From: Candidatus Margulisiibacteriota bacterium | GTDB lineage: Bacteria; Margulisbacteria; WOR-1; O2-12-FULL-45-9 | Direction of reading: 5' to 3' | DNA length: 18,254 bases | Assembly (NCBI GenBank): GCA_043816785.1 | Contig: JBDRHP010000037.1 | Coordinates: 1 to 18,254 of the forward strand | Shown here: piece by piece, positions 7,155 to 15,341 of the stretch | Layout of the letters: every line of letters starts with the position of its first letter | Numbering within the stretch: the first letter of the stretch is position 1 | Notes under the pieces: generated by a model | What the model was told of the DNA's origin: nothing | Database searches by the model: none | What the model saw: the letters and a program-made list of their open reading frames with translations, nothing else | Position numbers and translations under genes: made by a program

Positions 7155-9659
7155 ATGCGCAACGCCTTTAAGTTCCTGATTATTGCGTGCATTTGTTTGT
7201 TTGCTTCCTCTTCTTTTGCTGATGGTATTTGGGTTAAACAGTATGAGGCTCCCGCTGGCCAATTATTAAACGACATCTACTTTTTAAGCTCGACTGAAGG
7301 CTACGCCTGCGGCAATGGCGGAACCATTCTAAAAACAACTGACCGGGGCAACTCCTGGACAACGGTTAATTCAGGAACTGATGAGAGTCTGGTGGGTATT
7401 TATGCTGACAGCGGCAAAATCGTTGTTGCTATTTCCGCTTTTTTTGGAAACATAATAAAAAGCACAAATGGTGGATCAAGCTGGAGTTATAAGGACCCTA
7501 TAAGGATTGAGTTTTTAACAGATCTTTGGTTTGTAAATCAAAATTATGGTTTTGCCGTAGGGAAAATTGGCGGCACTGACAACCTTTTCTGGACAGCTGA
7601 CGCTGGCGAAACCTGGAGCAGCGTAACCCGTTCCTGGGATCTAACCGCTGTGCACGGCATTGCCACTAATGACGCCTGGACCATAGAAAACAGGGCCGGG
7701 GTCATTGGATTTCTGGGCACTTGGAACGGCAGCGGCTGGTCTTTTATCCAGCCAACCGTTAATTTGGCCGCTCGCGGCATTCATCAAATGACCACATCTT
7801 CCGGCTGGGCTGTAGGAGATTTCTCCACCACTAACGCACGGCTGATGGAAGGAATTGGAGGGGCCCCACCAACTATTACCAGCATCAACATCGGTTCTTC
7901 AAGCGTGGATCTCAAGGATGTGTGGTTTGTTACTACCAGTGAAGGTTGGGTAGTTGGCCATAGCGGTAAAATTTATCACACCACCAATGGCGGCCGCACA
8001 GCTGGGGACTGGTCTGAGCAGGCCTCCGCAACAACTGCTTCCCTTGAGGCAATCCATTTTATTGACGCTAACAATGGCTGGATCGCCGGCGGCTCCAGTT
8101 CGCTTATCCTAAAATACGTTGTGTCCCCGGAAGTTTCAACCATTTCGCCCTCAAGCCTGGCGCTGGGCCTGGCTAGCCAGAACGTAACTATTACTGGCAG
8201 CAATTTACAAGGGACCAGCGGCACAGATGTCCCAGTTGTTTCTTTTGGCTCCGGGGTAACAGTTAATTCAGTAACGGTTAATAGCACAACTGAAATCGTA
8301 GCTAACATTTCTATTGCCACCACAACCACTACCGGAGCCCGAAGCATCACTGTAACTAATCCAGATACCGGGGTTGGGACAAAAGCCTCGGTTTTAACGC
8401 TCGTGCCCGCAGTTAACAGCGCTGATCCATCCACGCTGGCCCAGGGCGCTACCAGGACCATCGAAGTGTCTGGTTATGGCTTTCAGAATGGCGCAACTAT
8501 TGAGGTCAGCGGCGCTGGCATTACCATTAACTCTTACAGCTACGCCCAAATTCCCACAAAATTACTGGTCAACATTTCCATCTCTGCGTCCGCGGCATCA
8601 GCCGCCAGGAATATTACAGTTTATAACCCGGACGGCACTTCAAATACTGGCAACAGTTTACTCTCAATCCAATCCGGCTCAGTAACCAACCCCACGGTGC
8701 TTTCAGCCAGTCCTGCCTTTGCCCCACAAGGCTGGACCGGACAAATAACAGTTACTGGCCAGGATTTCCAAAGCAGCGCCACGATCACCTTTAGCAATAA
8801 CAATGTCATTGATGCTACAACCGGCGCAACCCAGATCCCCACCACCTTTGTTAGTTCAACCTCATTAACCATAAATGTTTCCGTAGAATCATCTGCGGCA
8901 ATTGGCTCCAGCAACATTGTGGTGAATAATCCTGACGGCGGCACTGGCACAGGCTTTAGCCTTTTTAACGTCACGTCCTCAAATCCGGCTGATAATCCCA
9001 GCGTGGAAGCCATTAGCAATTCCAGGACCTCATCCAATGAGGTTATCCAGGGAGAAACCACCATCCTCGTCATTTCCGGAGCCAATTTTACGTCTGAAGC
9101 AGAGGTAAGCTTTTCCAGTAAAACCAGAGACCTGAATATATTGCAGGTCTCTTCCGGCATAACAGTCACCAGCCTCAACTCTGTGAGCACTGATGAGACA
9201 AAACTGTATATCACGGTTAGCGTGGCCTCAAACGCAGAAACCGGCTACCGCAACATAACTGTAACAAATAAGCCAGGCGGCGTTATCCTGGGCTCTGGCA
9301 CACTGGCCGACGGGATAAGAGTGGTTTCTTCCACCCCCTCCTCTATTGCTCCCCCACCAGCTATTGCTGCGCCGCATTATCCAGCCGGGGAACAGACCTG
9401 GAACCCAGAGCAAGACGGCAACTTAGCCATAACTGTAGACGCCAATGAGGGAAGCAGCAACGCCACGGCCTGCCTGGCCGGCCCTCTCGGCCCGGTCCAA
9501 ATAAGGAAAGTGTCTATTAATCCTGGCATAAACACCCTGACTCTTTCTGTTAAAAGTGATGGCAACGAATCGCTGGCCAACGGTGTTTATAGGTATTTTG
9601 TGATTGACAATGGCACGGGCCGAAGAATTGCCAACGGGAAATTTGTAGTCTATAGATGA
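7155..9659 (+). CDS. Secreted YCF48/BNR beta-propeller + about 4 IPT/TIG Ig-like domains + T9SS-like C-terminal sorting domain
   Basis: Signal peptide ending ASSSFA; Asp-box repeats TTDRGNSW, STNGGSSW, TADAGETW; four ITV.NP(D)G-type repeats; Pro-rich linker; C-terminus SLANGVYRYFVID...GKFVVYR. Confidence 0.8.
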   Translation: MRNAFKFLIIACICLFASSSFADGIWVKQYEAPAGQLLNDIYFLSSTEGYACGNGGTILKTTDRGNSWTTVNSGTDESLVGIYADSGKIVVAISAFFGNIIKSTNGGSSWSYKDPIRIEFLTDLWFVNQNYGFAVGKIGGTDNLFWTADAGETWSSVTRSWDLTAVHGIATNDAWTIENRAGVIGFLGTWNGSGWSFIQPTVNLAARGIHQMTTSSGWAVGDFSTTNARLMEGIGGAPPTITSINIGSSSVDLKDVWFVTTSEGWVVGHSGKIYHTTNGGRTAGDWSEQASATTASLEAIHFIDANNGWIAGGSSSLILKYVVSPEVSTISPSSLALGLASQNVTITGSNLQGTSGTDVPVVSFGSGVTVNSVTVNSTTEIVANISIATTTTTGARSITVTNPDTGVGTKASVLTLVPAVNSADPSTLAQGATRTIEVSGYGFQNGATIEVSGAGITINSYSYAQIPTKLLVNISISASAASAARNITVYNPDGTSNTGNSLLSIQSGSVTNPTVLSASPAFAPQGWTGQITVTGQDFQSSATITFSNNNVIDATTGATQIPTTFVSSTSLTINVSVESSAAIGSSNIVVNNPDGGTGTGFSLFNVTSSNPADNPSVEAISNSRTSSNEVIQGETTILVISGANFTSEAEVSFSSKTRDLNILQVSSGITVTSLNSVSTDETKLYITVSVASNAETGYRNITVTNKPGGVILGSGTLADGIRVVSSTPSSIAPPPAIAAPHYPAGEQTWNPEQDGNLAITVDANEGSSNATACLAGPLGPVQIRKVSINPGINTLTLSVKSDGNESLANGVYRYFVIDNGTGRRIANGKFVVYR

Positions 9660-11599
9660 AATCATATTTATCAATCAATAAGCAAAAAGCAAAACAAAGC
9701 TTTTTAGTTCTAAGCTTTATTTTTGCCTTTATAGTTTCAAGCTTTACGCTTGCCTATGCCCAGGCCATAGCGCCCGACCCTACGCGCCTGTCAGTTGGCG
9801 GCAGGATACTGGGAATGGGCAAGGCCTTTGTCGGCTTAACTGATGACCTGGGAGCGCTCTACACCAATCCTGCTGGCTTAGGCGGCCTGGAAAACTGGCA
9901 AGCAACTTCCATGTCTGGCAATTTTATGGAAGATTACTCCTACCTCAATGTTTCCGGGGCCTACCCCACAGACCTGGGCGTGTTTGGTCTTGGCTTTACT
10001 AATTCAACAATTGCCGGCGCCTATGCCACCAAGGTAAAGGAAGGCTCTGACCCAAATGACCCGGTTTATGAGATCGATCCTTCACAAGAGACGATTAATT
10101 ACTATAATAATGTATTAATTCTATCCTATGGCAACAAGCTGGAGAACACCCGACTGCCGTTTAAGCTGCCGTTTGAAACCCTGTTTGGCACCAGCCTAAA
10201 ATTATTCTACGCTGGTTTAAGCGGTGACGGCATAGTCAATGGTTCAGCTTCTGGTTACGAGCTAGACCTGGGCATCCGGCTCAAGCTTTTGCCCTGGCTA
10301 TACGTTGGCTCAACAGTGCAAAATCTCCTGCCTTACTCAATGGGCGGCAAACTAACCTATGCCTCCGGCCACACAGAATCCTATCCCGCGGTCTGGGAAA
10401 ATGGCATTGCCCTGCGGGTTTTGGGAGAAAAAGACGCTTTGCGGCAGCTTGGCTCCCAAGAGCTGAAATTGCTGCTTGATCTTGACTATTATCCAACCAG
10501 AAATAATTTTCCTATGCTTATGCACTATGGGCTTGAATGGTCCCCAATCCCGTTGCTGGCTATTCGCACCGGCATTGACCAGGATGCTGGCGGCGATGGC
10601 ACTGGCAGCAGTTTAACAGCTATTTCAAACTTAACCGCAGGCGTTGGCTTAAATGTCGGCGGTTTTCGTTTTGACTATGCATATCACCAGTTTGCCGGCG
10701 CGCCGGGCATAACCAACAATTTCTTTTCCCTGACCTATGCGGTTGCCCCGCCGCCCAAGATCCCTGCCAGGATCCAAATTATTCAGCCCAATGATAAATC
10801 AATTACTTTTGAAGACAGGCTGCAGGTTATTGGCAATGTGCTGGATCCAAATATTCGCACCCTGCGGCTAAACAGCAAAGATGTGCGGTTTTCTTTAAAA
10901 GGGGAATTTAACGCCACGGCCAACTTAGCTGTTGGCAAGAACAAGCTGGTCGTTGCTGGGTACAATGATCGGGGCAAAGAAACCGTGGCAAAAAATATCC
11001 GCCTCCTGCGGCTGGCAGCCTTCCCAGACGTGCCGCAAGGCTACTGGGTCAGAGAACCAATTTCTTTATTAGCCATGCAAAAGATCATCACTGGTTATCC
11101 TAATGGGACGTTTAAGCCTGAGGGTAATATTACTCGCGCGGAAATGTGTACTTTACTGATGAAAGCACTTCCCGAAACCCTCACCCCTAAATCCCCTCTC
11201 CCAAAGGGAGAGGGGACTTTCCGCGATGTGGCGGCTAGGCACTGGGCAGCGCAGTATATTGCTCAGGCGGCGGAGCTCGGTGTGGTAAAGGGCTATCCAG
11301 ACGGAACTTTTCGACCCAAAGCTAGTATTACGCGCGCCGAAGGTTTAGCCATGATCGCGCGTTTTGCCGGGATAAGCCAGGAGGTTTATGCCAGCCAATT
11401 TCCTGACGTGGTTTCTGCCTATTGGGCAGCACCGATCATTTCCGGCGCTTACCAAGCCGGCTTACTGGAATATTTAAAAGGCAAGGATTTTGAACCTATG
11501 CGCAACTTGACCCGCGCTGAAACAGTTGAGATGCTGTATCGAACTAAGTTTGTTACAGATTTATTGGATAGAGATTTGCTTAATTGGGATAGTTATTGA
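9656..11599 (+). CDS. PorV/PorQ (UPF0164/FadL-like) beta-barrel + Ig-like domain + 3 SLH domains
   Basis: Signal peptide; GGRILGMGKAFVGLTDDLGALYTNPAGL; barrel end FRFDYAY...FFSLTY; SLH motifs FPDVPQGYW...GYPNGTFKPEGNITRAE, FRDV...GYPDGTFRPKASITRAE, FPDV...FEPMRNLTRAE. ATGA overlap with the upstream gene. Confidence 0.85.
   Translation: MKSYLSINKQKAKQSFLVLSFIFAFIVSSFTLAYAQAIAPDPTRLSVGGRILGMGKAFVGLTDDLGALYTNPAGLGGLENWQATSMSGNFMEDYSYLNVSGAYPTDLGVFGLGFTNSTIAGAYATKVKEGSDPNDPVYEIDPSQETINYYNNVLILSYGNKLENTRLPFKLPFETLFGTSLKLFYAGLSGDGIVNGSASGYELDLGIRLKLLPWLYVGSTVQNLLPYSMGGKLTYASGHTESYPAVWENGIALRVLGEKDALRQLGSQELKLLLDLDYYPTRNNFPMLMHYGLEWSPIPLLAIRTGIDQDAGGDGTGSSLTAISNLTAGVGLNVGGFRFDYAYHQFAGAPGITNNFFSLTYAVAPPPKIPARIQIIQPNDKSITFEDRLQVIGNVLDPNIRTLRLNSKDVRFSLKGEFNATANLAVGKNKLVVAGYNDRGKETVAKNIRLLRLAAFPDVPQGYWVREPISLLAMQKIITGYPNGTFKPEGNITRAEMCTLLMKALPETLTPKSPLPKGEGTFRDVAARHWAAQYIAQAAELGVVKGYPDGTFRPKASITRAEGLAMIARFAGISQEVYASQFPDVVSAYWAAPIISGAYQAGLLEYLKGKDFEPMRNLTRAETVEMLYRTKFVTDLLDRDLLNWDSY
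11178..11216. repeat. REP-like palindrome lying in frame within the CDS
   Basis: CCCTCACCCCTAAA-TCCCCTCTCCC-AAA-GGGAGAGGGGA, a perfect 11-bp stem; encodes part of TLTPKSPLPKGEGT between SLH1 and SLH2. Confidence 0.75.
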
Positions 11600-11605
11600 T
11601 TCTGA

Positions 11606-11736
11606 TGTGTAAGAGTATCAGAAGACCAGAGAATCAGAACTGGAAAATCAGAATACTAGAATATCAGATTTAATCTGATGTTCTGTTTCTCTGATAATCC
11701 GGCTCTGGTATTCTGATCATCTGATAGTCTTAGACA
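11606..11736. repeat. 131-bp imperfect inverted repeat built from nnATCAGA octamers
   Basis: Two 64-nt arms (11606-11669 and 11673-11736) around a 3-nt loop; they align without gaps at 48/64 by manual count. Confidence 0.85.
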
Positions 11737-11768
11737 ATAAAGTTTAAAATAAACAAAGGGGGAAAATC

Positions 11769-13880
11769 ATGTTCAAAAAAATAATATTAATCACTGTCTG
11801 TTGCTTATTGTTCATCAGTGTGGTGGGTGGTCAAGCGTGGGGGGCTCCAAGAAAAATGGTAACACTTCAAGGGAGGTTGCTAAATCGAGATGGATCTCGC
11901 ATTGCTGATGGAACAAACGTTACCTTTACTATCCCGCACGATCCAAACCTCGCCTGGACAGAAACTTGGGGAGTTGTTGATGTTCCCAACGCAGATCCAG
12001 GAGCCGGGAAACTATACGTTGCTCCAAACGGGGTTTTTACTGTTGCTCTGGGCCAACAAACAAACTTACCTGATGATATTTTTGATACTGGCTTCAGTAA
12101 AGTCCAAATTAGCGTTGCTGGGGAACAATTAGGTGTTCAACGTTTAAATTACGTTCCTTTTGCTTTTTATGCTGCAAATGCTACCAAGGTAGGAGGGAAA
12201 ACTCTTCAAGAAATACAAGCTGGTGGAAACAGTGGCAATTTTGTTAATAAAACCGGAGACATCATGACTGGAACGCTAACTGTTGAAACAGCAAATAAAT
12301 TTGGGCTTCGCACACAAACCTCAGCGAATGATGGCATTGGAGTTTTTGGACATGCGAATTACCCTGGAGCATTTGATGAAAATTATGGCGGATTTTTTAT
12401 TGCTCGTGGAGGTAAAGGCGTTGGTGTTTTTGGATATGGTCATTCTGAACAAGGTGGAGATGAAAATTATGGCGGAAAATTTACTGCAATGGGAGGACAA
12501 GGCACAGGAGTTTATTCTGAAGGTAAGAAATATGGGGTTTGGGGCAAGGCAATCGAAGGCAGTGCTTATAGTGGCTATTTTTCTGGCGGACGTGGAGTTA
12601 AAATCGAAGGAGACATAGATATTACAGGAAATTACAAGAAAAATGGTCAACCAATTGGTAGTGGAGGTAATTTTGTTAGCAAATCCGGAGATGAAATGAG
12701 CGGAACATTAACCGTAGAGACCTTTAGCAAAATCGGAATAATTGGAAGGGCTTCTGCTTCAGGGGCAAACGAGGAAAATTACGGGGGACTGTTTTCAGCA
12801 GGTGGAGGCAAAGGCATCGGGGTATATGGTCTTGCTTCTGCTTACGGAGGAAAATTCATTGCATCTGGAGAGAGAGGAATTGGCGTTCATGGTGAAGGCA
12901 AGCTTGCTGGTGGATACTTTGAAAACTTAGACGGAGATGGCTTACTTTGTACTGGCACTACCGGAATAAGAGTCGACGGCAGAGGAACTGGACCAAATGG
13001 AGCACTAGAAGGGATGGGCATTCATGCTTCTGGCGGTGAACTCGGAATTAGAGCTAATAGCGAATTTACTGGAATCCGCGGTTTTGGTCATCGTACCGTT
13101 GGTGGATCATTTGAGAGCACATACGGAGTTGGCGTGCAAGGGAAAGGCCATACAACAGGAGGATATTTTGAAGCACAGAATGGCCATGGTATTTTTGCCA
13201 TTGGCAATGGAGAAAAAGGCGGCATCTTTGGCTCTTATGGGAATCTAACAATAACTGACCAAAAATACGGCGTCGCAGGTGTAAGCAACCAGGGTAGCGG
13301 AGTATACGGAGAAGTAAAGAGTGATTCTCTTGATAATTTTTGGAAAGCTGGGGTTTATGGAAAAGGTGGAAGAAAAACTCATGGGGTTTTTGGATACACA
13401 AGCGCAACTCAAGGAATACGAGCTGGGGTTACTGGCGTTGGCGATGACACCTTTGGTGTTTATGGTAAAAGTGAAAGAGGCTATGGGGCATACGCCACCT
13501 CAAATTCTGCTACCAAGGCGGCAGTCTTTGCGGAGAATCGCGGGGGTGGCCCCGCATTGGAACTGGGGCATGGAAAAATTAAAATTAACAAATATACGGG
13601 TCAACAAACAGTTGACGAGGTTACAATTAACCAGGCTGTAGGCATTGCAAATTTTGCCTATGTAAGCGGCCACCACTCAGATGAATATGTTAAAGTAAAT
13701 AATAATCAGGTTGATCCGAGTTCGATAATATTTTTATCTATGAAAAAAATTGGCACAACATCACACCAAGATTATTCCGTCATGGTAAAAGATCAAATAC
13801 AAGGACAATTTAAAATTTATATTTATCCGGGAGTGCGCGGCGAAGGCAAAGTTCAAGTTGCTTTCATGGTAATAAATTAG
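11769..13880 (+). CDS. Secreted glycine-rich fibre/adhesin-like repeat protein
   Basis: RBS GGGGG; signal peptide; N-domain TLQGRL...GVFTVALG...VPFAFYAANA; two FVxKxGDxMxGTLTVET motifs; many NYGGxFxAxGGxGxGVxG and GVYG repeats. Confidence 0.75.
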   Translation: MFKKIILITVCCLLFISVVGGQAWGAPRKMVTLQGRLLNRDGSRIADGTNVTFTIPHDPNLAWTETWGVVDVPNADPGAGKLYVAPNGVFTVALGQQTNLPDDIFDTGFSKVQISVAGEQLGVQRLNYVPFAFYAANATKVGGKTLQEIQAGGNSGNFVNKTGDIMTGTLTVETANKFGLRTQTSANDGIGVFGHANYPGAFDENYGGFFIARGGKGVGVFGYGHSEQGGDENYGGKFTAMGGQGTGVYSEGKKYGVWGKAIEGSAYSGYFSGGRGVKIEGDIDITGNYKKNGQPIGSGGNFVSKSGDEMSGTLTVETFSKIGIIGRASASGANEENYGGLFSAGGGKGIGVYGLASAYGGKFIASGERGIGVHGEGKLAGGYFENLDGDGLLCTGTTGIRVDGRGTGPNGALEGMGIHASGGELGIRANSEFTGIRGFGHRTVGGSFESTYGVGVQGKGHTTGGYFEAQNGHGIFAIGNGEKGGIFGSYGNLTITDQKYGVAGVSNQGSGVYGEVKSDSLDNFWKAGVYGKGGRKTHGVFGYTSATQGIRAGVTGVGDDTFGVYGKSERGYGAYATSNSATKAAVFAENRGGGPALELGHGKIKINKYTGQQTVDEVTINQAVGIANFAYVSGHHSDEYVKVNNNQVDPSSIIFLSMKKIGTTSHQDYSVMVKDQIQGQFKIYIYPGVRGEGKVQVAFMVIN

Positions 13881-13924
13881 ACTAACCGTTTCGCGAAATA
13901 AGTTTACGGCTAAATTAGAATCGC

Positions 13925-14017
13925 ATGAAAAGAGAATATAAACATATAAGTTTTGTGCTTTTCACCTTAAGCTTTGTGCTTGTTGGCAATAAGAATATCG
14001 AAGGAAACCATGAATAG
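13925..14017 (+). pseudogene. 30-aa mini-ORF, a duplicated 5' fragment (signal peptide) of the gene at 15316
   Basis: MKREYKHISFVLFTLSFVLVGNKNIEGNHE* aligns with KQEIKQATFALFTLSFVI. DNA 13951-13982 vs 15351-15382 is 28/32 identical. Confidence 0.6.
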
Positions 14018-15341
14018 AAAAGATTTGAAATTTATCCTGCAGGAAGGCGAAGGCTTTAAAGTAGAGTTTAAGGAAAACTCCGGTGGTCTGGACAAAGACA
14101 TGGTGGCTTTTGCCAATGCGGGAGGAGGAAGAATCTTCCTTGGCATTGACGACGCCAAAAAGGTAAAAGGCATCGGGCTGACCAATAGGACTAAAGCGCA
14201 GATCCAGGATATCGCCCGAAATTGCGATCCCCCAATTAGTATAAATATCAGCTCTTTCGAGAATGTGGTAATTATCAATGTTCCTCCTTCCGATAATAAG
14301 CCCCATAAGTGCTCTTCAGGGTTCTATTTAAGAAAAGACGCTGCTTCCCAAAAGATGGGCCGGGATGAATTGGTTGATTTCATTTATGACCAGGGCAGGA
14401 AGAATTTTGACGCCCTTCCCTCTAAGTTTAAACTCGAAGATTTGGACCGGTCCGCGCTTAAGGATTTTCTTAAAAAAGCAGGCGTTAACGTCAAAACCAG
14501 CGCCAGGGAAACACTCTTTAATATAGGAGTCTATGAGAACGGCAAAATAAACAATTCCGGTATCCTGTTTTTCGCGAAATCCCCCAAGAAATACTTCCTT
14601 AACGCTTATATTACCTGCGCCAGATATTTAGGCCTAAATAAAACAGAGGTGCTTGACCGGGCGGATTTTGAGGGAAATATCGTCTCGCAGGTTGATGAGG
14701 CGATAAGGTTCATTAAAAGAAACACGCGGCTGTCTTACAAGATAAGAGGGATCCAAAGAGAAGAAGTGCCAGAGTACCCTGCCGGGGCCCTCCGAGAAGC
14801 GGTTATCAACGCGGTTATGCACCGTGATTATTTTGAACGGGGGGCAAATATCCAAATTGATATTTTTGATGACCAGGTTGTGGTCTCCAATGTCGGCTCC
14901 CTGATCAAACCGTTGACCAGAGAAAAACTGGGTCGGATCGCGGTAAGGCGAAACCCCTTAATTGCCGACCTTTTCCACAGGATCAAATATGTTGAGAAGA
15001 TGGGGACGGGGTTAGCCCGGATCAAGCAGGAATGCAAAAAACATGGGGTAGGACTGGAGATCGAAACTAACGGTTTATTTATTGTCACTTTCAAGAGTGT
15101 CCCTGTAAGTGTCCCTGCAAGTGTCCCTGCAAGTGTCCCCCTAAATGAGCGCCAGAAATGGCTCCTAAAACACCTTTTAGAGCACAAAAAAATTACAACC
15201 AAAGAATTCCACGGCAAATTTATGAAGGTCAGCTTAAAAACCATCAAGCGGGACCTGGCATATCTGCGCAAGAACAGGATTATAAAATTTATCGGCGCGG
15301 CAAAAAAAGGACATTATGTTCTCTCTAAAACAAGAAATTAA
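14010..15341 (+). CDS. AlbA_2 (Schlafen-like) + HATPase_c_4 (RecG C-terminal-like) + HTH protein
   Basis: GEGFKVEFKE, MVAFANAGGGRIFLGIDD, EYPAGALREAVINAVMHRDY, RRNPLIADLF...VEKMGTG, VSLKTIKRDLAYL. Start placed at ATG 14010 after RBS AAGGA. Confidence 0.9.
   Translation: MNRKDLKFILQEGEGFKVEFKENSGGLDKDMVAFANAGGGRIFLGIDDAKKVKGIGLTNRTKAQIQDIARNCDPPISINISSFENVVIINVPPSDNKPHKCSSGFYLRKDAASQKMGRDELVDFIYDQGRKNFDALPSKFKLEDLDRSALKDFLKKAGVNVKTSARETLFNIGVYENGKINNSGILFFAKSPKKYFLNAYITCARYLGLNKTEVLDRADFEGNIVSQVDEAIRFIKRNTRLSYKIRGIQREEVPEYPAGALREAVINAVMHRDYFERGANIQIDIFDDQVVVSNVGSLIKPLTREKLGRIAVRRNPLIADLFHRIKYVEKMGTGLARIKQECKKHGVGLEIETNGLFIVTFKSVPVSVPASVPASVPLNERQKWLLKHLLEHKKITTKEFHGKFMKVSLKTIKRDLAYLRKNRIIKFIGAAKKGHYVLSKTRN
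15096..15143 (+). repeat. Coding 12-bp tandem repeat, 4 copies (SVPV SVPA SVPA SVPL)
   Basis: AGTGTCCCTGTA, AGTGTCCCTGCA, AGTGTCCCTGCA, AGTGTCCCCCTA in the linker before the HTH. Confidence 0.9.

Noticed and set aside
7544..9674. Minus-strand and off-frame ORFs within the 834-aa gene
   Set aside because: Shadows of Thr/Ser/Val-rich coding sequence.
11600..11740. CRISPR array
   Set aside because: Units are 6-8 nt with no unique spacers, the arrangement is inverted, and there are no cas genes.
11890..13641. Alternative-frame ORFs within the fibre gene
   Set aside because: By-products of Gly-codon repeats; no independent RBS or domain signal.
11769..13880. Prophage tail gene
   Set aside because: It has a Sec signal peptide and sits among cellular envelope genes; no other phage genes or integrase are present.
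13974..14009. GTG start at 13974 for the AlbA_2 protein
   Set aside because: It lies inside the duplicated signal-peptide segment; ATG 14010 has an AAGGA RBS and a family-typical N-terminus.
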